DNA of 64,000 nucleotides from Malacoraja senta (taxonomy: Eukaryota). Both the position numbers and the translations under genes were made by a program. The number at the start of each line of letters is the position of its first letter. The stretch's first letter is position 1. Of the stretch, positions 23,990-37,655 are shown piece after piece. The notes beneath the pieces are model-generated. The model ran no database searches and was not told the DNA's origin. It saw only the letters and a program-made list of their open reading frames with translations. Location: assembly GCA_038087875.1 (NCBI GenBank), contig CM075994.1, positions 434,001 to 498,000 of the forward strand, given 5' to 3'.

Positions 23990-24900
23990 TTCAGGTGAGG
24001 CAGAGGTTCACTTGTACCTCCTCCAACCTCATCTACTGTATCCGACGTTCCAGGTGTGGACTCCTGTATATCGGTGAGACCAAGCGCAGGCTCGGCGATC
24101 GTTTCGCTGAACACCTCCGCTAATTCGGCATAGGCCTATGTGATCTCCCAGTTGCCAAACACTTTAACTCCCCTTCCCATTCCCACACTGACCTTTCTGC
24201 CCTGGGTCTCCTCCATTGTCAGAGTGAGGCTCAGCGCAAATTGGAGGAACAGCAACTCATAATTCACTTGGGCAACTTACACCCCAGTGGTATGAACATT
24301 GACTTTTCTAACTTCAAGTAACCCTTGTCTAGGAAGGAACTACAGATGCTGATTCACACCGAAGATATACACAAAATGCTGCAGTAACTCAGCGGGGAAG
24401 GCAGCATCTAAGGATAGAAGGAAGGTGACATTTCGGGACGAGACCCCTCTTTGTTCTGAAGAAGCATCTCTGGATAGAAGGAATGGGTGACGTTTTGTGT
24501 CGAGACCCTTCTTCAGATTGAAGAAGGGTCTCGACCCAAACGTCACATTTCTTCTACCCAGAGATTCTGCCTGTCCTGCTGAGTTAAACCAGCATTTTAT
24601 GTCTATCTTCAAGTAACCCTTGTTTTCCCTCTCTCTCCATTCCTCCCCAACCCTTCACTGTCCCCTGATTAAATTTGACATTGTATGCCTTGTTGTCCAC
24701 CTCTGCTAATAATGATCCATTCCACATTTTCCTTGAGCTTTGTCCCCTTTGATCTCAAGTTTTCACACCTCACCCTTCATTATCACTGTGTCTCCCTCTT
24801 CCCTGACTCTCAGTCTGAAGGAGGGCGTCGACCCAAAATGTCACCCATTCCTTTTCTCCAGAGATGCTGCCTGTCCCCGCTGAGTGACTCCAGCATCCAA
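23990..24900 (+). mobile_element. Penelope-like element 3' part (GIY-YIG endonuclease fragment plus pLTR repeats)
   Basis: Encodes FTCTSSNLIYCIRRSRCGLLYIGETKRRLGDRFAEH, followed by pLTR copies in both orientations. Confidence 0.85.
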
Positions 24901-27900
24901 ATTCAAATATCACATCCTCCAATCATCCCATATTTTCTTGTCCCCACTCCCATGCATACCTCCCACCATACCCGTCCCCCTTGGTCACTCTGCTTCTACC
25001 CCCTTCTAACTGCACTTCATGTTCATAAGTCATGGGAGAATTAGACCATTCGGCCCATGGAGTCTACTCCGCCATTCTTTCCCTCTTGAACCCATGCTCC
25101 TGCCTTCTCCCCATAACCCCTGACAACCGTACTAATCAAGAATCTATCAATCTCCACCTTAACGTTACCCAATGAAGTCCTCCACAGACGTTTGTGGCAA
25201 TTAATTCCACAGATTCACCATCCTCTGGCTGATGACATTCCTCCTCATTCCCTTTCTGTCCCTTATCTCCCAACTCCTGAGTCTCCCATTTCCTTCTTAT
25301 ATCCCATTTTCCCCCCTGTCCCCTTCCACCTATACCCCTTCCTCCAGCTTTACATTTCACCCCTTCATGCAATTATGTAAGTGCTTGAAGTTCAGTACAC
25401 GCCTGTTAAAATGCAAATGATGATGATGTTGCACTGTGCTAGTTGATCATGTCATAACTTCATAAGTTCTCAGAGCAGAATAATGCCATTCGGCCCCTCA
25501 CGTCTACTACGCCATTCAATCATGGCTGATCTATCTTTCCCTCTCAACCCCATTCTCCTGCCTTCGCCTCATAATCTCTGACACCCTTAAATCGAGAATT
25601 TGTCAATCTCTGCATTAAAAATATCTATTGACTTTCTCCCCAGTCTTTGTTGCCTTTTCCACCCATTTGCCAATTAACCTCCCCATCTCCCTTCACCTGT
25701 ATCCACCAATTACTTAAGATAGACACAAGAAGCTGGAGTAACTCAGCAGGTCAGACAGCATCTCTGGAGAAAAGGAGCAGGTGACGTTTGGGGTTGAGAC
25801 CCCTCGGTCTGTGTGACCCGCTGAGTTACTCCGGCTTTTTGTGTCTATCTTCGGTTTAAACCAGCAGTTCCTTCCTCCACCTATTACTTGCCAGACGTTG
25901 TCCTGACCCCACTCCTCCTTTCCAATTTTCTCCCCCCTCCCCCACTTCAATCAGCCTGATAAACGGTCCCGTCTGTCCATTCCCTCCACAGACGCTGCCT
26001 GACGCGCTGAGTTCCTCCAGCACTGTGCACTTTGCTCGGGATTCCAGAATCTGCAGTCTCTTGTTCCTCTCAATACTGCTGCAAGTTACACAACGTGAAT
26101 GTGTATAAAAGAGAAACTGAAAATCTGACCGTTTTAAGTTATACCACAAAAAGACAGGCCATCATTCCTATTGTGTAGGAAGGAACTACAGATGCTGGTT
26201 TAAACCGCAGATAGACACAAAATGTAACTCAGCAGGACAGGCAGCGTCTCTGGAGAGCAGGAATAGGTGACGTTTCGGGTTGATATCTTACTCAAGAGTC
26301 CGAAGAAGGGTCTCGACCCGAAATGTCACCCATTCCTTCTCTCCAGAGATGCTGCCTGTCCCACTGAGTTACTCCAACATTTTGAAGCCATCATTCTTTT
26401 CTACTTTCATTAAACTTCTGACTATGCTGTTAAATTTGTGCTGCTAAGTTGTTACCTTAAATTCGAAATAAAAAACCTTCTAAATTTATGACCTGCTTCA
26501 AAATGAGGAAGTTAAAGGCTTTCAACTCAGGTCCCTGCTTGTCTGTTTGTGCATTTGTATGTGTATATGTGTGTGCCTTGTTTGTGTATTTGTGTATCTG
26601 AGCATGCCTTGTATATGTTTATGTGTGTTCCATGTGTGTGCGTGCCACATGAGTGTACATATGTGTGCATTATGTGTAGATGGATACAAAATGCTGGAGT
26701 AACTCAGCGGGACAGGCAGCATCACTGGAGAGAAGGAATAGGTGACGTTTCATGTTGAGACCCTTCTTCAGACCCGAAACGTCACCCATTCCTTCCATCC
26801 AGAGATGCTGTCTGACCCACTGCGTTACTCCAGGTTTTTATGTCTATCGTCAGTGTAAACAAAAGACAGCTGTGTTATCATTTCACTGATGTTACTTCTC
26901 TGCAGTTCCTTCCTGCACAGAATGTTACCGGAAATGTAGTCATGAAGCAATTTGGTTGTTGTCCAATATTTGTGCTGCATGAAAACAAGGTTTTGTTTCT
27001 CCAGACAAAAACCTTGCAGCTGGGAAGGCTGTAGGAACAAAGGTGATTCAACTCAATAGTTACAATGATCACATCACGTTTGATATCAATCTCCACACAA
27101 TTCCCTTGTGAAATACAAATGAGGAGTATAATAGGCTGCTAATCCAGATAAATATTAAATTTCCTGTCGATAGACACAAAAAGCTGGAGGAGCTCCAACG
27201 GGTCAGACAGCATCTCTATAGAAAAGGAATAGGTAGACACAAAAAACTGGAGTAACTCAGCAGGGCAGGCAGCATCTCTGGAGAGAACTGGTGACGTTTC
27301 GGGTCAAAACCCTTCTTCAGATTGAGAGTCAGGGGAAAGGGGAATGAGAGAGAGAGAGATGGTGATGTAGAGCGATATAGAACAATTACTTTTTTGTAAA
27401 TCTTTAATTCATTTGTTCTTTATCTCTCCATATCTCTCTATACAAACTGGTTATAATGTGTTAGATGATTTAGGGAACACTATTTGTATTATGTGGGCCT
27501 AATTGCTATAACATAATTTTCATCGGGTACTGAAGAACCACTTAAAAGGTAATTTGAAATTGACAAGAAGAAAAAAAAGTTGAGCGTAAAAAAATGTTTC
27601 CATGCAACCTCCCTGCAGGAATCAGACATCATTGTCTCTTAAGAACACAGTCTCTCACTTGCACCGCATGTGTCCGTTGAAATTTACAAGCATTCTCTTC
27701 TATTGATCTTTATGCGCTGATTCTTACCAGCCTTCGCATCCCAAACAGAATATTTCATCATTTTCACCTTCAACGTGATCGCACTTCCTGTCACATCGTC
27801 CGACATCACTCTCCACGTTCCATAGAGAAAGGCAAGTGAACGATCTGTGGGGGAGGACCACAGTCTAGGCTCCTTCAGCTGCTGGACATTGAGGGGCAGG

Positions 27901-28679
27901 TATTGTGGTGATGCCCCTCAAATCAGGGAAAGGATATCACCCCAGGGCGGCACATGAGAGGCAAGGATGCCGGGTATAAGCTTTTGGGTAGAACGTTTTT
28001 TGTGTCTTTCTACAGGAAAATTATTTTGTATCTGGAGTAGCAGCCTATTAGCAGTCTTCAGTCTGAAGAAGGGTCTCGACGTGAAACATCACCTCTTCCT
28101 TTTCTCCAGATTTGATGTCTGTCCCGCTGAGTTACTCCTTGTGTCTAGCTTTGGTTTAAACTAGCATCTGCAGTTCCTTCCTACAGATTTCATCTGCTCC
28201 ACTGCAAAATCTCCTCAAATTTGCCTACTTTGATGACGTTCTCCTCCTCTCTCCAATGAGAGTTCTGCAACTCACTTCGGAGGTGCCGCTGAGAAGCTGA
28301 GGCCAGAGCCTCGCGGGATGGAATCCAGGCCTCGCGGGTCTGCGCAGTCCGCAGCCAACGGTCCCTGGGTCTGCGCAGTCCACGGCTGGGTCCCGGGTCA
28401 GTGCCAGGGAGGCGTCCAGATAGGACCCAACGGTGATAGTGGAGAGGTCAGTGTGGTGACCGATGATGGTGCCGACCGACGGACGAAGGACGGACAAGCG
28501 GAAGTGAGGACACCGCTGCCGGGGGAAGGAACAATGGAGGACCCGGCGTGGGGGGACCACAGTGGGGGAGGGGGGAAGAACAAAGGGGGACCTACCACAA
28601 GGGTACTTTGTGACTTTCTCAGTGCCCTTTATGTGGCGACTATTTGCATACCTTGGGTATGCAAGCAAAGACGGGAGGG

Positions 28680-29150
28680 TTAAAACTAAATAGTGGGGGT
28701 GAGGGTTCGACAAATTGGGAGTATAAGGATGGCGTTAAAGGGTAATAGAGTACAGGAAAAGTTACGAAAGACACCAGAATTAATGGGACGGAAAGTTCAA
28801 GAAGGGATAATAGAGGAAGGTCAGGTGAAATAGGAACCGGTATGAGAGGGGAGGTAAATACCGAATTAAAAGTGTTATGTATGAATGAGCGAAGTATAAG
28901 AAATAAAGTGGATGAGCTTGAGGCTCAGTTAGAAATTGGTAAGTATGCTGTAGTGGGAATTACAGAGACATGGCTGCAAGAATATCAGAGCTGGGAACTG
29001 AATATTCAGGCGTATACGTCCTATCCAAAAGACAGATAGGTGGGCAGAGGTGGTGGGGTGACACTGTTGGTGAGGAATGAAATTCAGTCCCGTGCGAGGG
29101 GTGACATAGAATCAGAAGATGTAGAGTCATTGCGGATAGAACTGAGAATT
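28680..29150 (+). mobile_element. CR1 ORF2 endonuclease fragment
   Basis: LCMNERSIRNKVDEL, VGITETWL and GRGGGVTLLV. Confidence 0.8.
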
Positions 29151-29250
29151 GTTCAGCTCTTTGTGTCTATATATCTACCTATCATAATCAGAATCAGAAT
29201 CATAATTTATAAGCCACATATGTTTTTCAACATACGAGGAATTCTATATA

Positions 29251-29282
<32 letters not shown>

Positions 29283-32200
29283 GAGATATTTATATAGACC
29301 GTGCCACCCTTTTATTTTTTCTCCTCTGCAAAAGACTGTGATCATTCACCTTATCTATGCCTCTCATGAGTTTGTAAACCCCATTAAAGTCAATCCTCAG
29401 CCTCCTATGCTTTAGTGAAAAATATTCTGACCTACCCAGCCTCTCCCTTTCACTCAAACCCACCATTCCTGCAACTTGTGGTGAACTTCACGAGATCATT
29501 TCTGGATTTACAACATCCTTCCTCTATCAGGCCAACCAGAACTGCACACGATACTCAAATGTGGTCTCTCCAACGCTTTGTGCAGCTGCAACATGACATT
29601 GTTAATATTGAATTCCCTTTTCTACTTCTGTTGATCTTAGTTTCTCATCGTGCATGAGGAATCACATGGTGGGGGCTGACTGAAAGTGGGCCATCAGCGA
29701 AATGCTCACTTCTCTTCGAAAAACGAGAGATATAGACAGTGATATAAAGTGGCTCTCTTTCCCCAGATTCTCAATCTGAAGAAGGGACTCGACCTGATAT
29801 GTCACCTATTCCTTTTCTCCACTGAAGCTTGATGCAGCCAACGCCAAGGCTCTGTAGGGGAGGACCACAGTTGAGGGTCCTTCTGCTGCTGGACATTGGG
29901 GGGGGGGGGGTAGGGTGTAGTGGAGACGCCCCTCAAACGAGGGAAGGGATACCACCCCAGGGGGCCACGTGAGTGGCAAGGATACCTGGTATAATGATGG
30001 TTTGATGACCCCTTTGAAATGCTCCGTTAATGAATATACGTGTAGCCTCTGAAAATATCAGAAGAATTTTTGCACAGCTCTTGTTTTGTATATATATTTT
30101 ATTCTGAATTAAGTTTATTCCATCTGGACCATAGGATTAATTCAACGTTCTCTTAGAACCAGCCCCGCAAACTGCGTCTGCGCCCGAGTGGTTTTAGAAA
30201 GGAACTATGTGCTGTCCACGGGCGCCCTGGGGGATTTCCAGGACCGCTGGGCACCGCGGGGGGTGGCATGTATCCTCAATAAGGATGGGGACATAGTAAT
30301 TAAATATTCAGTATTGAAGAATTTTTGCTTTATTCTCTATTGTGGTGGTGGCTTTGTTTGTAGTTTTTTACTGTACATATCATTGTTGTGAATAATTGAT
30401 TTAAACATTTTTTTTGTAAACAACTAACAATCTTTGAACTCACTAACTTCATGGCATTTTTTTTACTTCTTCACATGCAAATCAAAATTCATTCATAATT
30501 TACCACACTTCATGCAATATGCTGAATCGCACAGATATTCACACACTTCAAACAATACGTTTTCACCCCACATATACAAGGATGCCCAATTTTAGGATAT
30601 TTCTGTGAACACTACCATAAAATGCTAATGGATGTATGTACATCCTCCGAAAATGTCAGAAGAATTTTAGCACAGTTCTTGTTCTCATTAGGTCATAAGG
30701 TCATGTGTTAGGAGTAGAAATAGGTCATTCGGCCCATTATGTCTACTCCGCCATTCAATCATGGCTGATCTATCTCTCCCTCTTAACCCCATTCTCCTGC
30801 CTTCTCCACATAACCTTTGACATCTGTACTAATCAAGAATCCATCTGTTTCTGCCTTAAAAACACCCACTGACAGCCTGCACAGCCTTCTGTGGCAAAGA
30901 ATTCCACAAATTCACCACCCGCTGACTAAAGACATTCTCATCATCTCTTCCCTAAAATAATGTCCTTTAATTCTGAGGCTACGACCTCCAGTCCCATACT
31001 CTCCCACTGGTGGAAACATCCTCTTCACATCCACTCTATCCAAGTATTTCATTCTTCAGTGTGTTTCAATGATGTCCCTCTATCATTCTTCTAAACTCCA
31101 GCGAGTGCAGGCCCAGTGCTGACAAACGGTCATCATAGGTTAACCCACTCATTCCTGCGATCATTCATTTGTATATATTTGTTATGCTGAATAAAGTTTA
31201 TTTTGGTTTTTTTAAATAAACTATACTAAAGCTAAATGCAGGTAAATTATTCCCCCATTGTTCTTCCCCCTCCCCTCACGACAGTTCCCCCATGCTGGGT
31301 CCCTATTGTTCTTCCTCCTCCCCCCACGGCGGTTCCCCCACACCGGGTCCTCCATTGTTCCTTCTCTCAGCAGCGGTGTCCTCACTTCTGCATGTCATTC
31401 TTCCGTCGGTCGGCACCATCATCGGTCGCCGCACCGACGTCTCCACTATCGCCACCGGGTCCTGTCCGGACGCCTCCGTGGCGCTGACCCAGGCCCCAGC
31501 CGCGGGCTCCGCAGACCCAGGGACCGTTGGCCCGCGGGCTCCATCGACCCGCAAGGCCCGGGTTCCGTCCCGCAAGGCTCCAGCCTCAGCTTCTCAGCGG
31601 CACCTCTGGAAGGGAGTTGCAGAACTCTCGTCGAAGAGAGGAGGAGAACGTCATCAAAGTGGGTAAATTTGAGGAGATTTCACAGTGGAGCAGAAAAAAT
31701 GTGTCGAAAGGAACTGCAGATGCTGGTTTAAATCAAAGCTAGACACAAAAAGCTTTGTGTCTAGCTTTAATTAACTCAAGGGACAGACAGCATATCTGGA
31801 GAAAAGGAAGAATATATGTTTCGGATCGAGACCCTTCCTCAGACTGAAGACTGCTAATAGGCTGCTACACCAGATACATAATAATATTCCCATAGATAGA
31901 CACAAAAAGCTTTCGGCCAGAAAGCTTATACCCGGCATCCTTGCCTCTCATGTGCCGCCGTGGGGTGATATCCCTTCCCTCAATTGAGAGGCATCTCCAC
32001 CATATCTGCCCCTCAATGTCCAGCAGCAGAAGGAGCCTAGACTGTGGTCCTCCCCCACAGAGCCTTGACTGAAGGAGGGTCTCGAGCCGAAACGTCACCT
32101 ATTTTTCTCCAGAAATGCTGTCTGACCCGCTGAGTTATTCCAGCTTTTGGAGTCTATCTACAAGAAAATTATAATGTATCTGGATATCAGCCTATATACT

Positions 32201-32399
32201 CCTAATTTGCTTTTCACAAGGGAATTGTGTGGAGATTGTATCCAATAATATATGATAATTGTAACAGAAGATAGACCCAAGAAGCTCGAGTTACTATGCG
32301 GGACAGGCGGCATCTCTGGAGAGAAGGAATGGGTGACGTTTCAGGTCGAGACCCTTCCTCAGACTAGTCTGAGTCTGAGGAAGTCTAAGTCTGTTTTAT

Positions 32400-32880
32400 A
32401 CTGATGGTCCAGTTTTATACTGCCATCATAGAGTCTGTCCTCACCTTCTCCATCATGGTCTGGTTTGGCTCAGCCACCAAGCATGACATCCGGAGGCTGC
32501 AGCGCATCGTTCGATCTGCCGAGAAGATTGTTGGCTCCCCCCATCGACGAATTGGATACTGCAAGGACCAGGAAGCAAGCAGGTAAGATCATCTCTGACA
32601 TCTCTCACCCTGGTCACAAACTCGTTGAAGCACTTCCCTATGGAAGGCGACTCCGGTCTGTCAAAGCTGCCACAGCCAGCTTTTTTCCACGAGCAGTAAG
32701 TCTACTCAACAGCCAAAAGTCTGTAACCTCTTTTTGCTCTGGTATTAAATTTCATTCTTCACATGTTTAAATTATCATGTTTCATTTTTAATTGTCTAAT
32801 GTATATCGTTTTGTTACTTGCGAGCAAAGCACCAAGGCAAATTCCTTGTATGTATACATACTTGGCTAAGAAAATATATT
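32400..32880 (+). mobile_element. Rex1/Babar-type LINE 3' fragment
   Basis: FYTAIIESVLTFSIMVWFGS, HPGH and SFFPRAV. Confidence 0.75.
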
Positions 32881-32884
32881 CAAC

Positions 32885-33320
32885 ATGTTGATAGAATGGA
32901 GCGGCTGGGCTTGTACACTCTGGAATTTAGAAGGATGAGAGGGAATCTTATTGAAACATGTAAGATTATTAAAGGTCTGCACACTTTAGAGGCAGGAAAC
33001 ATGTTCCCGATGTTGGGGGAGACTAGAACCAGAGGCCACAGTTTAAGAATAAGGGGTAAGCCATTCAGAACGGAGATGAGGAAAAACTTTTTCACACAGA
33101 GTTGTGAGTCTGTGGAATTCTCTGCCTCAGAGGGCAGTGGAGGCTGGTTCTCTGGATGCTTTCAAAAGAGAACTAGACAGAGCTCTTAAAGATAGAGGAG
33201 TCAAGGGATATGGGGAGAAGGCAGGAACAGGGCACTGATTGTGGATGATCAGCCAGGATCACAGTGAATGGCGGTGCTGGCTCGAAGGGCCGAACGGCCT
33301 ACTGCACCTATTGTATTGTC
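32885..33320 (+). mobile_element. CR1 3' fragment
   Basis: LGLYTLEFRRMRGNLIE and TRGHSL. Confidence 0.8.
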
Positions 33321-33521
33321 TAATTCAATTCAGTTCTCTTTGATATTGAATAAGATCTGATCATTGTAACAGTTGAGTTGAATCATCTTTATTCCTACAA
33401 CCTTCCCTGCTGCAAAGATTTTGTTCGGAACAACAAAACCTTGTTTTCATGCAGCACAAATTTTGACAACAACTAAATTGGTTCATGGCCAAATTTTTAA
33501 CACATTTAACACATTGTACAG

Positions 33522-33815
33522 CACCGTGGCGCAGCGGTAGAGCTACTGCCTTAAGGAGCCAGAGACCTGGGTTCGATCCTGACTATGGGTGCTGTCTGTA
33601 CGGAGTTTATAAATTCTCCCCGTGACCAGCGTGGGTTTTCTCCAGCATCTCCAGTTTCCTCCCACACAACAAAGAGTACAGGTTTGTAGGTTAATTGATT
33701 TGGTACAAATGTAAAATTATCTTCAGTGTGTGTAGGATAGCGTTAATGTGTGGGGGTCGCTGGTCGGTGCGGACTCGGTGGGCCGAAGGGCCTGCTTCCT
33801 CGCTGTATCTCTAGA
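33522..33815 (+). mobile_element. HE1-like V-SINE
   Basis: A box TGGCGCAGCGG, B box GGTTCGATCC and V-domain. Confidence 0.85.
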
Positions 33816-36384
33816 CTAGTGCTAAATTTAATGAGGAACAGGAAGTGTAACGGGGCAGGATTTTAACTCATTCTCTTGTGTATAAAATATTACATTGAAT
33901 ATTCAGATACTGCAAGCAACATTTAGGCCAGTACACCATTCAATGGGCAGAGTCCCATCCCAGTAGAGAAAGGAGTTGTCTGAGTAGGATAATCAAGGAC
34001 CAGGGGACATAGGGTTTAAGGTGAAGAGGAAAAGATTCAATAGGAATCTGAAGGGTAACATTTTCACACAAAGGGTGATGGGTGTATGGAACGAGCTGCC
34101 AGAGGAGGTAGTTGAGGCAGGGACTATTCCATTTTTTATGAATGGATAGGATAGGACAGGTTTAGAAGGATATGGGCCAAATGCAGGCAGATGTGACTAG
34201 TGTAGATGGGACATGTTGACTGGTGTGGGCAAATTGGGCCGAGGCGCATGTTTTCACACTATGACTCGATAACTTAGTCTGAAGATGGGTCTTGACCCCA
34301 AACGTCATCTATCCATGTTCGACACAGATGCTGCCTGGACCTGCTGAGTTACTCCAGCACTTTGTGTCCTTTTCTGACTCAGCCCATGGCGGCACGCTGG
34401 CGTAACGGTAGAATTGTTGCCTCACAGCACCAAAGACCCAGGTTCGATGCTGACCATGGGCGCTGTCTGCAATCTCCCCGTGACCTGCGTGGGTTTTCTC
34501 CAGGTGCTCCAGTTTCCACCGACATCCCAAAGGCGTGCAGGTTTTCAGGTTGTCTGGCTTTGGTAAAAATAGTAAATTATCCCTAGTGTGTACGATATTG
34601 TTTGTGTAGAGAGATTGCTGGTCGGAGCAGACTCGGTGGGCCGAATGGCCTGTTTCCGCGCTGTATCTCTAAACTAAACTAACCTAAAACTAAATTAGTG
34701 TGAACGGGTAATTGATGGTCGACGTGGGCTTGGTGGGCCAAAGAGTTGGTTCCCATGCAGCTAAACTAAAGATCCTTCCTTATATGCCCTTCATTCCCAC
34801 CCACACAAGTTTCTTCCCCACTCACTCCATCTGCCTATCCCCTACACATTCCTCTCATTGGGAACTTTCCTCCCTATGTTCCTATCTACCCACCTCACCT
34901 CCCTTATTTGGTTCATAAGTGAGCAGAAATGCCTAAGGTGGAACTGCAGATGCTGGTTTACACCGAAGATAGACACAAAATGCTGGAGTAACTCAGCGGG
35001 GACAGGCAGCATCTCTGGAGAAAAGGAATGGGTGATGTTTCAGGTCAAGACCCTTCTTCAGACTGGGAAGAATTTATAGGAGGGGGTCCTCACCACCCAG
35101 TGATGAACCCTTCTCCCATCTCTTTTTAAAATATTTTTATATACTCCCCACCTGTACACTTGTCCTCATGCCGCCCTCCTCTCTGAACACCCATCATCCT
35201 CCCACCAGACCTCGCCACAGCCTCCGTCTACTCACCTGCCCTCCTCCGGCCCCAAACCCCACCCTTGTCGTGTCTTCACCATCCCCCCTGACCTCCCCCT
35301 TTCCGTTAGGAAACGATCTGTCCTCAGCAGAGGCCTCACTTTTGTTCCCCTCAGCCCCCACCTCAACGAGTTCTGGGTCCTTCACGACGTCACCTCTGCC
35401 TCTGTGCCTTTTTCTATGGGAAGTAGTCCTCTCCACCCAGAGATGACCCCTTCTCCCTTCTCCACCTGTCCCCCTCCTCTTGGACTCCTCTGCCCTCTTC
35501 AGAACTTTTTTATTTCTAACTTAGAATAAAGGGGAGGCCATTTAAGACTGAGGTGAGAAAAAACTTTTTCACCCAGAGAGTTGTGAATTTGTGGAATTCC
35601 CTGCCACAGAGGGCAGTGGAGGCCAAATCACTGGATGGATTTAAGAGAGAGTTAGGTAGAGCTCTAGTGGCTAGTGGAATCAAGGGATATGGGGGGAATG
35701 CAGGCACGGGTTATTGATTGGGGACGATCAGCCATGATCACAATGAATGGCAGTGCTGGTTCGAAGGGCCAAATGGCCTCCTCCTGCACCTATTTTTTAT
35801 GTAACTGCTGGCGTGACATCAACCTTCTAAACTTTTCCACTCTCTAACCTCAAAGAGATCAGTCTGAACAAGGGTCTCGACCTGAAACATCACCCATTCC
35901 TTCGCTCCAGAGATGCTGCCTGTCCCGCTGAGTTAGTCCAGCATTCTGTGCCTAGCTGCGGCAATATCACAGGTGTATAATTTTTGTTTGTTTTTTAAAG
36001 GCTCTGTGGCATAATTGTGGTCGTAGCACCTGCCATACATCTGTCGCCTTATCCGTTCTCTCTCATTTGACTGCGGATACAAAATGAAGCCATTTTCTAA
36101 TACTTTATACTTGAATGTGCAAGCTGTTTATGAACTTAACAAACTGTTTTTTTAGTCAGAGGGTGGTGAATCTGTGTAATTCATTGCCACCGAAGGCTGT
36201 GGAGGCCAAGTCAATGGATATTTTTAAGGAGGTAGATAGTTTCTTGATTAGTATGGGTGTCAGTGGTTATGCGGAGAAGGCAGGAGAATGGGGTTGAAAG
36301 GGAAAGATAGATCAACCATGATTGAATGATGGAGTAGACTTGATGCGCCAAATGGTCTAATTCTATTCCTATCACATGAACATG

Positions 36385-37655
36385 TTTAAGAAAGAACTAC
36401 AGAGCTGGAAAAATCGAAGACAACAGTGCTGGAGAAACTCAGTGGGTGAAGCAGCATCCATGGAGCGAAGGAATAGGTGACGTTTCGGGTCGAGACCCTT
36501 CTTCAGACTGATATGGGGGTGGGGGGGCGGGAAGAAGAAAGGAATAGGTGGCGACAGTAGGATGTGGGAGAGATGGGAAGGGGAGAAAAGGAGAGAAAAA
36601 GCAAGGACTACCTGATATTGGAGAAGTCAATGTTCATACCGCTGGGGTGTAAACTGCCCAAGCGAAATATGAGGGGCTGCTCCTCCAATTTACAATGGGC
36701 CTCACTCTGGCCATGGAGGAGGCCCAGGACAGAAAGGTCGGATTCGGCATGGGTGGGAGAGTTGAAGTGCTGAGCCACCGGGAGATCACGTTGGTTAATG
36801 CGAACTGAGCGGAGGTGTTGGGCGAAGCCTGCGCTTGGTCTCACCGATGTAGAGCAGTTGACATCTAGAGCAGCGGATACAATAGATGAGGTTGGAGGAG
36901 GTGCAGATGAACTTCTGCCTGACCTGGAATGATTTCTTGGAAACTTGGATGGAGTCGGGGGGCGAAGTAAAGCGACAAGTGTAGTATTTCCTGCTGTTGC
37001 AAGGGAAAGTACCAGGGGAGGGGGTGGTCTGGTTGGGAAGGGACAAATTGACCAGGGAGTTACAGAGGGAACGGTCTCTGCGGATAGCCGAAAGGGGAGG
37101 AGATGGGTAGATATGGTCAGTGGTGGGATCCAGTTGGAGGTGGCGAAAATGTCGGAGGATTATTTGTTGTATGTGACGGCTGGTAGGGTAGAAGGTGAGG
37201 ACAAGGGGGACTCTGTCCTTGTTACGAGTTGGGGGGATGGGGAATGAGAGCGGAGCTACGGGACATAGAGGAGACCCTGGTGAGAGCCTCATCTATAGTC
37301 GAAGAGGGCACTTCAACCCCCCTCCCATTCCGAATCCGACCTTTCTGCCCTGGGCCTCCTCCATGGCCAGAGTGAGTCCCACCGCAAATTGGAGGAGCAG
37401 CACCTCATATTTCGCTTTGGTAGTTTACACCCCAGCGGTATGAACATTGACCTTCTATTTCAGGTAGTCCTTGCTTTCTCCCTCTTTCCCCTCCCCTTCC
37501 CAGCCCTCCCACAGCCTCTTCCTTTCTTCTTCCCGCCCCCCCCTCCCCACCCCCACATCAGTCAAAAGAAGGGCCTCGACCCGAAATGTGACCTATTCCT
37601 TCGCTCCATAGATGCTGCGTCACCCGCTGAGTTTCTCTAGCATTTTTGTCTACTT
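36385..37655 (-). mobile_element. Penelope-like element (RT-EN linker, GIY-YIG, pLTR) with an inverted copy of its 3' end
   Basis: ORF 36795..37292 (RVPLVLTF, PGTFPC, CTSSNLIYCIRCSRCQLLYIGET) and ORF 36608..36844 (PVAQHFN). 37310-37655 is the inverted duplicate. Confidence 0.9.
36476..36510 (-). ncRNA. Minimal type I hammerhead-ribozyme-like motif in the Penelope pLTR
   Basis: The minus strand reads CAGU-CUGAAGA-A-GGGUC-UC-GACCC-GAAACGUC-ACC: both catalytic boxes flank a perfect stem II. Confidence 0.6.

Noticed and set aside
23658..24077. ORFs spanning X runs
   Set aside because: They are artefacts of the 200-N gap.
24330..27330. Regularly recurring ~35-bp palindromic motif suggestive of a CRISPR array
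   Set aside because: Spacing is irregular, orientation is mixed, the context is eukaryotic and there are no cas genes. The motif is Penelope pLTR sequence.
27728..27806. Possible minus-strand exon MSDDVTGSAITLKVKMMKYSVWDAKA with donor GTAAGA
   Set aside because: No partner exon or recognisable homology was found; it could be chance.
29836..29995. ~150-bp repeat found three times (also ~27845 and ~31920), considered as an ncRNA
   Set aside because: It reads AANAKAL*GRTTV followed by a UTR, which fits the 3' end of a Tx1/L1-type LINE better.
33522..33600. tRNA-like A/B box sequences here and at many other sites
   Set aside because: These are SINE heads that continue into SINE bodies; no complete cloverleaf is seen.
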